A stretch of 64,000 bases of DNA from assembly GCA_002269645.1 (NCBI GenBank), contig NIVC01001939.1:16460-80459 (forward strand), given 5' to 3'. This document shows positions 53,915 through 64,000 of this stretch, one piece after another; within the stretch, counting starts at the first letter, position 1, and each line of letters starts with the position of its first letter. Made by a program: the position numbers and the translations under genes. This DNA is from Macrostomum lignano. Its lineage: Eukaryota. The notes below the pieces were generated by a model. That model was not told the DNA's origin. It worked only from the letters and a program-made list of their open reading frames with translations, and searched no databases.

Positions 53915-56900
53915 AGATTAGCAATCCATTCTATTCCTTTATTGATTTAGGCTAGATTAGCAATCCATTCTATTCCTTTATTGATTTAGGCTAGATTAGC
54001 AATCCATTCTATCCCTTTATTAATTTAGGCTAGATTAGCAATCCATTCTATCCCTTTATTGATTTAGGCTAGATTAGCAATCCACTCTATTCCTTCATTG
54101 ATGTAGGCTAGATTAGCAATCCATTCTATTCCTTTATTGATTTAGGCTAGATTAGCAATCCATTCTATTCATTCATTGATGTAGGCTAGATTAGCAATGC
54201 ATTCTATTCCTTCATTGATGTAGGCTAGATTAGCAATCCATTCTATCCCTTTATTGATTTAGGCTAGATTAGCAATCCATTCTATCCCTTTATTGATTTA
54301 GGCTAGATTAGCAATCCATTCTATCCCTTTATTGATTTAGGCTAGATTAGCAATCCATTCTATCCCTTTATTGATTTAGGCTAGATTAGCAATCCATTCT
54401 ATCCCTTTATTGATTTAAGCTAGATTAGCAATCCACCTATTCCTTTATTGATGTAGGCTAGATTAGCAATCCACCTATTCCTTTATTGATGTAGGCTAGA
54501 TTAGCAATGCATTCTATTCCTTTATTGATGTAGGCTAGATTAGCAATCCATTCTATTCCTTCATTGATGTAGGCTAGATTAGCAATCCATTCTATTCCTT
54601 CATTGATGTAGGCTAGATTAGCAATGCATTCTATTCATTCATTAAAGTAGGCTAGATTAGCAATCCATTCTATTCCTTCATTGATGTAGGCTAGATTAGC
54701 AATCCATTCTATTCATTCATTGATGTAGGCTAGATTAGCAATCCATTCTATTCCTTCATTGATGTAGGCTAGATTAGCAATCCATTCTATCCCTTTATTG
54801 ATTTAGGCTAGATTAGCAATCCATTCTATTCCTTCATTGATGTAGGCTAGATTAGCAATCCATTCTATCCCTTTATTGATTTAGGCTAGATTAGTATCCA
54901 TTCTATTCCTTCATTGATGTAGGCTAGATTAGCAATCCATTCTATCCCTTTATTGATTTAGGCTAGATTAGCAATCCATTCTATCCCTTTATTGATGTAG
55001 GCTAGATTAGCAATCCATTCTATCCCTTTATTGATTTAGGCTAGATTGGCAATCCATTCTATCCCTTTATTGATTTAGGCTAGATTAGCAATCCATTCTA
55101 TCCCTTTATTGATTTAGGCTAGATTAGCAATCCATTCTATCCCTTTATTGATTTAGGCTAGATTAGCAATCCATTCTATCCCTTTTTGATTTAGGCTAGA
55201 TTAGCAATCCATTCTATCCCTTTATTGATTTAGGCTAGATTAGCAATGCATTCTATTCCTTTATTGATGTAGGCTAGATTAGCAATCCATTCTATCCCTT
55301 TATTGATTTAGGCTAGATTAGCAATGCATTCTATTCCTTTGTTGATGTAGGCTAGATTAGCAATCCATTCTATCCCTTTATTGATTTAGGCTAGATTAGC
55401 AATCCATTCTATCCCTTTATTGATGTAGGCTAGATTAGCAATCCATTCTATCCCTTTATTGATTTAGGCTAGATTAGCAATCCATTCTATTCGTTCATTG
55501 ATGTAGGCTAGATTAGCAATGCATTCTATTCATTCATTAAAGTAGGCTAGATTAGCAATCCATTCTATCCCTTTATTGATGTAGGCTAGATTAGCAATCC
55601 ATTCTATCCCTTTATTGATTTAGGCTAGATTAGCAATCCATTCTATCCCTTTATTGATGTAGGCTAGATTAGCAATCCATTCTATCCCTTTTTGATTTAG
55701 GCTAGATTAGCAATCCATTCTATTCTTTTATTGATGTAGGCTAGATTAGCAATCCATTCTATTCCTTTATTGATGTAGGCTAGATTAGCAATCCATTCTA
55801 TTCCTTTATTGATGTAGGCTAGATTAGCAATCCATTCTATCCCTTTATTGATTTAGGCTAGATTAGCAATCCATTCTATTCCTTTATTGATGTAGGCTAG
55901 ATTAGCAATCCACCTATTCCTTTATTGATGTAGGCTAGATTAGCAATCCATTCTATCCCTTTATTGATTTAGGCTAGATTAGCAATCCATTCTATTCCTT
56001 TATTGATGTAGGCTAGATTAGCAATCCATTCTATCCCTTTATTGATTTAGGCTAGATTAGCAATCCATTCTATTCCTTTATTGATTTAGGCTAGACTAGC
56101 AATCCATTCTATTCCTTCATTGATGTAGGCTAGATTAGCTATCCATTCTATCCCTTTATTGATGTAGACTAGATTAGTAATCCATTCTATTCCTTCATTG
56201 ATGTAGACTAGATTAGTAATCCATTCTATTCCTTCATTGATTTAGACTAGATTAGCAATCCATTCTATTCCTTCATTGATTTAGACTAGATTAGCAATCC
56301 ATTCTATTCCTTCATTGATGTAGGCTAGATTAGCAATCCATTCTATTCCTTCATTGATGTAGACTAGATTAGCAATCCATTCTATTCCTTCATTGATGTA
56401 GACTAGATTAGCAATCCATTCTATTCCTTCATTGATGTAGACTAGATTAGCAATCCATTCTATTCCTTTATTGATTTAGGCTAGATTAGCAATCCATTCT
56501 ATTCCTTCATTGATGTAGGCTAGATTAGCAATCCATTCTATTCCTTCATTGATGTAGGCTAGATTAGCAATCCACTCTATTCCTTTATTGATTTAGGCTG
56601 GATTAGCAATCCATTCTATCCCTTTATTGATTTAGGCTAGATTAGCAATCCACCTATTCCTTATTGATGTAGACTAGATTAGCAATCCATTCTATTCCTT
56701 CATTGATGTAGGCTAGATTAGCAATTCACTCTATTCCTTCATTGATGTAGGCTAGATTAGCAATTCACTCTATTCCTTCATTGATGTAGGCTAGATTAGC
56801 AATTCACTCTATTCCTTTATTGATGTAGGCTAGATTAGCAATTCACTCTATTCCTTTATTGATGTAGGCTAGATTAGCAATCCATTCTATTCCTTCATTG

Positions 56901-57157
56901 ATGTAGGCTAGATTAGCAATTCACTCTATTCCTTTATTGATGTAGGCTAGATTAGCAATCCATTCTATTCCTTCATTGATGTAGGCTAGATTAGCAATCC
57001 ATTCTATTCCTTCATTGATGTAGGCTAGATTAGCAATTCACTCTATTCCTTTATTGATGTAGGCTAGATTAGCAATTCACTCTATTCCTTTATTGATGTA
57101 GGCTAGATTAGCAATCCATTCTATTCCTTTATTGATGTAGGCTAGATTAGCAATCCA
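53915..57157. repeat. 39-bp minisatellite (TAGGCTAGATTAGCAATCCATTCTATCCCTTTATTGATT)n, ~83 units
   Basis: Direct reading; no unique spacers. Confidence 0.97.
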
Positions 57158-58429
57158 TCGAGTCAGCCCCTTTCGTTCGCTAAAGGGCCTTGAAAAAATT
57201 GATTTGATTCCCTTCCTTGTACAATGATTTTTCAGTTAGCAAAATTTGTTAAAATAAAGCTCAGAACAGGAAAAGTCGCAACAGATTCGCAGCTGCTCAG
57301 TCTGGGAGAACATGGAATTCGCGGTTCAACTCGCGGCCAGCTTCCAATGCCTGCGGCAGAAGGTTGGGGAGCTGGAAAGCCTCCCTGTGATGTCGGAGCC
57401 GCTCATTAGAGATGTTGCACCAGGCTCCAAGCTGTCTAAATATGGAGGCCCGAAGTGTCACATGACTTCCTGGCACCCAGTTCCCTCCTCAGCTTAGAGC
57501 ACAAACCGGTTCCACCGCTGCTGGGAGTTCCGGCGCGGAAGCAGTGAAAGCCAACTATGCCCAGCTTTACTCGCTTCTCATACTTTATAAAAAACTTTCT
57601 ATAGAAAAAAGGTGATGATGGAACGATGCCTGCTTCCCTAGAGTAATCTTCCCCCTTTCCTAAGAGGTTTGTTCAACACATCGCCCCGATCCTCTTCATC
57701 GGGATGCAATTTCTTATCCGATCGTGTTTTGTTCCGCAAGCCTCTCCCAGAGTCTGCATCTCCTGCTCTTTCCTCACTCAGATCCGCTTGGCAAAGCGGG
57801 ACAATTGCATCGCTGAGAGACTACTCATGGAGAATTCATGGTGAATAGCCCTGAGCTGCCGTAATCAGATTTGGAAAGGGTTTAGTCTGCTGTTCAGTAC
57901 ATTTTCTACAAGTGCACACTGCGAGCGGTCTGCGTTTTTTTACTATATGTGTATCTGTGTTTCTCGCGGGAACTTTTCTGCGGCAATTGTTCAGGAAATC
58001 GTGTTAGTGAACAAGAAACAAAAAAGCGATTTTCACTTCAGAGAACGAAGACTCACCTCTTTTAGGTCAATCACTACGACATCCATGAGTTGTCGGTGAA
58101 TAATTTTATGGTGAATATCTTAGAGAGTAGACAGATTAAGCTGAGGTTTCAGTTTGGGAGAATTCTTGTGGGCTTAGGGGGGGATTTTCCTGTCCCGTCG
58201 GGCAATATAAGGCGGATCGGGGGGTTGGAAGGACCGGCGCGTTAATCTGTGGCTCAGCCAATCAGATTGTAGCTCGACTTCTGGCTAAGAAGTGCAGTGA
58301 AAGCTGCTCTGCTGAGGGGGTACATTGAGACAGTCTAGACAGAGGAACTTGAAAGGTGAGAGCGAAAAGAATTAGGTGAATTATTAGATTCTTAGTGCTA
58401 GGGGATTTTTAAATAAGAGGCGGACAGTG

Positions 58430-58983
58430 AAAGCTGGAGAGTGAGAGGTAGAGTGAGAGTGTAAGTGAAAGAAGAGTGAGAGTGAGAGCTGGAGGGGAGT
58501 GAGAGGGAGAGTGAGAGGGAGAGTGAGAGGGAGAGTGAGAGTGTAAGTGAAAGAAGAGTGAGAGTGAGAGCTGGAGGGGAGTGAGAGGGAGAGTGAGAGG
58601 GAGAGTGAGAGGGAGAGTGAGAGGGAGAGTGAGAGGGAGAGTGAGAGGGAGAGTGAGAGGGAGAGTGAGAGGGAGAGTGAGAGGGAGAGTGAGAGGGAGA
58701 GTGAGAGGGAGAGTGAGAGGGAGAGTGAGAGGGAGAGTGAGAGGGAGAGTGAGAGGGAGAGTGAGAGGGAGAGTGAGAGGGAGAGTGAGAGGGAGAGTGA
58801 GAGGGAGAGTGAGAGGGAGAGTGAGAGGGAGAGTGAGAGGGAGAGTGAGAGGGAGAGTGAGAGGGAGAGTGAGAGGGAGAGTGAGAGGGAGAGTGAGAGG
58901 GAGAGTGAGAGGGAGAGTGAGAGGGAGAGTGAGAGGGAGAGTGAGAGGGAGAGTGAGAGGGAGAGTGAGAGGGAGAGTGAGAT
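58430..58983. repeat. 12-bp array (GAGAGTGAGAGG)n
   Basis: Direct reading. Confidence 0.95.
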
Positions 58984-59119
58984 GTAGCAAGACGTAGCTG
59001 AGGGGCAGACAGAGCTCGGGAGCGAATATGCACCACAATTTCCCTATTTCACGGACCGCACTCCCCTCGGCTGACGACGGCTTCCTGCTGCGCTGACGCA
59101 TCGGTCGCCGCCACAGCGA

Positions 59120-59640
59120 AAAGCGTATGAGCCTGCTTGGCTACGCCGACGACTCCGCCCTCCTGTCCTCATCCAGATCGACAGGCTGGTTGAGGTCTTG
59201 CAAAGGACTTGCCTGGGCGGCCTTCCTTTCGATCCCAGCCGTCCTCCAGTCCAAAGCGCTGCCCGACCGCCAGAGGGCTCGGCTGTGGCAGGCAATGGTC
59301 CTGCTATACAACGCCGAGACGTGGACGCTGACGGTTACACTGGAGCGGCAGTTGGACTCGGCGCACTCAGAGCTGCTCCGTGCGGCCCTTCGAGCTGACG
59401 AGAGCGTCGGGACCGAGGCCCTGTACGATCGGGCCAAGCTGCAGCGCCCCCCACCATCCTGCGGGCCACGTGATCCGGACCGAGGGCTACTGCCCCAACC
59501 TGTTCACCTTTCAGGGCCCGTTCAGGCGGGGTCAGGCCCGAACCCGTCGATATGTAGACTGCCTCCTACGCGACGCCGGGGCGCCCGACACTGCCATCTG
59601 ACGCGCCCTGCTCAAAATGTAACCTAACATACGGGGCTGC
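59120..59640 (+). mobile_element. RTE-like LINE fragment (RT C-terminal part), internally deleted and frameshifted
   Basis: LLGYADDSALL, LLYNAETWTLT...LD, AGHVIR and R..Y.D motifs, typical of RTE-clade ORF ends. Confidence 0.8.
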
Positions 59641-60024
59641 GTACTTTGTTGTTGTTGAGAACTCTACAAACAAGGATGTTGGTCAAATTATCAAACTCGT
59701 TTTAGAAAGGCTTTTGATGAGATTTTCAGTGCGGTTGTCGAAGTGCAGCCCCCCTCCGGCTTTTGCTTCCCCAGTTCTTTCTGGTGCAAGTGTGACTTTT
59801 TAAATAAAGATGTTTACGCGGCTTGCCCAGTGCAAAAGCGCCGAGATCAAAGGGTGAGGCCTGCAGTCTTCGGGTCCAGTTTTACTGACTTATTTAATTA
59901 AATCTGATTAAATTACGGACATAATTACGCCAGTGCAGGCCAGGCTTTGCGTAAAGTACATCGCGCTTCTGTTTTGCTGACGCAAACGGAAAAAATTGGC
60001 ACAACAGATCCTGTGCTTTGTTTG

Positions 60025-60190
60025 AACTGACAATGACACTAAACTGACATGACACTAAACTGACAATGACACTAAACTGACATGACACTAAACTGACAAT
60101 GACACTAAACTGACAATGACACTGAACTGACAATGACACTGAACCGACACTGACGCTCAGCTGACGGTGTCGCTAAACTGTCAATGACAC
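60025..60190. repeat. 16/17-bp array (ACTGACAATGACACTAA)n
   Basis: Direct reading. Confidence 0.88.
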
Positions 60191-60654
60191 TGCAATGACA
60201 GAGAGAAGCCTCTATAGGCCCTTCACTGTCCTGCTGTCTCTTCCCCTTCGAAGCGACCATTGCACGCAGTTTCAAAGTCTACGCTCGTAGTAGGAATGAT
60301 GATATAAAGGGCCATACTAATTACGCATCTCCCTGTCACAATAATTATTTCGCTGCTTTGCAATCAACAGGTTCTGCATTGTTTTGGAGCAGTTCAGAAG
60401 AGTTCGGACAGTTTCAAGACAACAGACTTTTCTACGAGCCACATGTTGGAGAGCCGTTTAATCATCGGCGGTAAAGCATCGGGTATGCTGTCCAGCGCTT
60501 GAAGACAGGTGCAATCTAAGTTGCACCTGTAAGTAAAGCAAAGTTCAAGGCCACTGCATGCGAAGAAAGAGAAGCGAGGGACAGCAAGAGAGTCAGAGAG
60601 AGTGAGAACGAGACTGATATGGAGTGAGAAGGAGAGTAATGTGGAGCTAGACTG

Positions 60655-62772
60655 ACATAGGAGCTGAACTGACAATGACACTGAACTGACATTGGAGCTG
60701 AACTGACATTGGAGCTGAACTGACATTGGAGCTGAACTGACATTGGAGCTGAACTGACATTGGAGCTGAAGTGACATTGGAGCTGAACTGACATTGGAGC
60801 TGAACTGACATTGAAGCTGAACTGACATTGGAGCTGAACTGACAATGACACTGAACTGATATTGGAGCTGAACTGACAATGGAGCTGAACTGACATTGGA
60901 GCTGAACTGACATTGGAGCTGAACTGACAATGACACTGAACTGATATTGGAGCTGAACTGACATTGGAGCTGAACTGATATTGGAGCTGAACTGACATTG
61001 GAGCTGAACTGACATTGGAGCTCAACTGACAATGACACTGAACTGATATTGGAGCTGAACTGACAATGGAGCTGAACTGACATTGGAGCTGAACTGACAT
61101 TGGAGCTGAACTGACAATGACACTGAACTGATATTGGAGCTGAACTGACATTGGAGCTGAACTGACATTGGAGCTGAACTGACAATGACACTGAACTGAT
61201 ATTGGAGCTGAACTGACAATGGAGCTGAACTGACATTGGAGCTGAACTGACATTGGAGCTGAACTGACATTGGAGCTGAACTGACATTGGAGCTGAACTG
61301 ACAATGACACTGAACTGATATTGGAGCTGAACTGACAATGGAGCTGAACTGACATTGGAGCTGAACTGACATTGGAGCTGAACTGACATTGGAGCTGAAC
61401 TGACAATGACACTGAACTGATATTGGAGCTGAACTGACAATGGAGCTGAACTGACATTGGAGCTGAACTGACATTGGAGCTGAACTGACATTGGAGCTGA
61501 ACTGACAATGACACTGAACTGATATTGGAGCTGAACTGACATTGGAGCTGAACTGACATTGGAGCTGAACTGACATTGGAGCTGAACTGACAATGACACT
61601 GAACTGATATTGGAGCTGAACTGACAATGGAGCTGAACTGACATTGGAGCTGAACTGACATTGGAGCTGAACTGACAATGACACTGAACTGATATTGGAG
61701 CTGAACTGACATTGGAGCTGAACTGACATTGGAGCTGAACTGACAATGACACTGAACTGATATTGGAGCTGAACTGACAATGGAGCTGAACTGACATTGG
61801 AGCTGAACTGACATTGGAGCTGAACTGACATTGGAGCTGAACTGACATTGGAGCTGAACTGACAATGACACTGAACTGATATTGGAGCTGAACTGACAAT
61901 GGAGCTGAACTGACATTGGAGCTGAACTGACATTGGAGCTGAACTGACATTGGAGCTGAACTGACAATGACACTGAACTGATATTGGAGCTGAACTGACA
62001 ATGGAGCTGAACTGACATTGGAGCTGAACTGACATTGGAGCTGAACTGACATTGGAGCTGAACTGACAATGACACTGAACTGATATTGGAGCTGAACTGA
62101 CAATGGAGCTGAACTGACATTGGAGCTGAACTGACAATGACACTGAACTGATATTGGAGCTGAACTGATATTGGAGCTGAACTGACATTGGAGCTGAACT
62201 GACATTGGAGCTGAACTGACAATGACACTGAACTGATATTGGAGCTGAACTGACATTGGAGCTGAACTGACATTGGAGCTGAACTGACAATGACACTGAA
62301 CTGATATTGGAGCTGAACTGACATTGGAGCTGAACTGACATTGGAGCTGAACTGATAATGACACTGAACTGATATTGGAGCTGAACTGACAATGACACTG
62401 AACTGACATTGGAGCTGAACTGACAATGACACTGAACTGACATTGGAGCTGAACTGACAATGACACTGAACTGACATGGGAGCTGAACTGACATGGAGCT
62501 GAACTGACATTGGAGCTGAACTGACATTGGAGCTGAACTGACATTGGAGCTGAACTGACATTGGAGCTGAACTGACATTGGAGCTGAACTGACATTGGAG
62601 CTGAACTGACATTGGAGCTGAACTGACATTGGAGCTGAACTGACATTGGAGCTGAACTGACATTGGAGCTGAACTGACATTGGAGCTGAACTGACATTGG
62701 AGCTGAACTGACATTGGAGCTGAACTGACATTGGAGCTGAACTGACATTGGAGCTGAACTGACAATGACACT
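60655..62772. repeat. 17-bp array (ACTGACATTGGAGCTGA)n with periodic ACTGACAATGACACTGA variant units
   Basis: Direct reading; the long minus-strand ORFs here are artefacts. Confidence 0.97.
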
Positions 62773-63514
62773 AGAGAAGAGAATAGAGAAGAGTATAGAG
62801 AGATGAGATGGGAGAGAGAAGAGAATTGAGCTAGTTTACTCCAATTGGTTATTGAGTACATGAAGAAAAAGTCCATCTTCATAGGAACTGAAATACCGAG
62901 AGTTTTTCAGTGAATAATTCAAACCTTTCAGAAGCAATTATTGACTTGTCTTAACCGCGTTCTCCGTAATTCTACTGTTGTATTGACCTGGATTCAACGA
63001 GAACCTCGAAGGGATCTCCAAGTTGGCCCAAATCGCCTTTCTGACGATGAGAATTTTCTTAATTATAACATTTGCTGTTTTTGTGGGAACTTGGCAATTA
63101 TTTTGTGAATTTCTATTTATTTGCAACTCGACTTTTTTGTGATTGGAGAGAAATGGAAAAAATATGAAATAAACTTTCTTTTCGTTCCTCGATTTTTTAA
63201 TGCAAGACAACCCTAAAAAAATTCTGACACCTGCCTTCGGGCCTCAGAAGCTGCCATGATTAAACACGCAGAGTTGACCCGGTGCGCTTTATCTAAGTTG
63301 GCACTGTTTTTTGGCTGGACTGGTGGGGGCGGTCGGGCACAAAAAACATGTCATGCATAAGTCTGACAGTTATTTACGATGCGGCAGAAGTTCGTTCTCG
63401 AGTCCGCGGCTTTGCTGAGTCCTCAGGCAACAGGATCAAGAGTTGCTCAGACTCAGGGTACTCAGAATTACAGTACTTGCTCACACGTGACTAAGGATAT
63501 TCTTCGAAGTAAAT

Positions 63515-64000
63515 ACTGTCACTGAACTGACAATAAACTGTCACTGAACTGACAATAAACTGTAACTGAATGACAATAAACTGTCACTGAGCTGACAACT
63601 AAACTGTCACTGAACTGACAATAAACTGTCACTGAACTGACAATAAACTGTTCACTGAACTGACAAATAAACTGTCACTGAACTGACGATAAACTGTCAC
63701 TGAGCTGACAATAAACTGTCACTGAACTGACAATAAACTGTCACTGAACTGACAATAAACTGTCACTGAGCTGACAATAAACTGTCACTGAGCTGACAAT
63801 AGACTGTCACTGAACTGACAATAAACTGTCACTGAACTGACAATAAACTGTCACTGAACTGACAATAAACTGTCACTGAACTGACAATAAACTGTCACTG
63901 AACTGACAATAGACTGTCACTGAGCTGACAATAGACTGTCACTGAACTGACAATAAACTGTCACTGAACTGTCAATAAACTGTCACTAAACTGTCAATAA
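63515..64000. repeat. 22-bp array (ACTGTCACTGAACTGACAATAA)n, runs off the window edge
   Basis: Direct reading. Confidence 0.95.

Noticed and set aside
53915-57157. CRISPR-like appearance of the 39-bp, 33-bp and 25-bp arrays
   Set aside because: Units are head-to-tail with no unique spacers, there are no cas genes, and the context is eukaryotic.
58200-58290. CCAAT box and TATA-like motif as the GPCR promoter
   Set aside because: Short motifs with no TSS evidence and spacing that does not fit the minus strand.

Overview
Eukaryotic (animal) genomic DNA with spliced genes; no prokaryotic features and no CRISPR array. The GC-rich exons inside minisatellite-packed introns resemble a Macrostomum-type flatworm, but that is only an impression. 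The window has two compartments. (1) 1-~11.4 kb is AT-rich, CpG-depleted and TAG/CTA-rich, has almost no tandem arrays, and holds DNA transposons: a full-length decayed mariner (8506-9819), a 2.15-kb MULE-like TIR element (5874-8025) and hAT-like and Merlin-like MITEs. Their mismatches record CpG (and possibly CpA) deamination. (2) ~11.4-64 kb holds three spliced genes: ALG1 (+, 3 exons), KLHL8 (+, 6 exons) and an orphan class A GPCR (-, 2 coding exons with frameshifts). About 40% of this part is short-unit tandem arrays (hand sum ~23 kb), and nearly every exon edge abuts one. It also contains a second mariner, a nearly intact APE-RT-RNase H LINE (19686-25043, 14-bp TSD), two SINE families, an RTE-like fragment and a 5'-truncated Penelope-like element (PLE) in a (CT)n tract. 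Best leads: a tRNA-headed SINE whose 3' stem-loops match the 3' UTR of the LINE it has inserted into; a PLE whose usual pre-endonuclease linker lies after the GIY-YIG domain, followed by a minimal hammerhead motif; the hypermutated 5' domain; and minisatellites that share cores across distant loci. Exon boundaries were derived by hand from GT/AG sites and frame continuity. No database searches were run.
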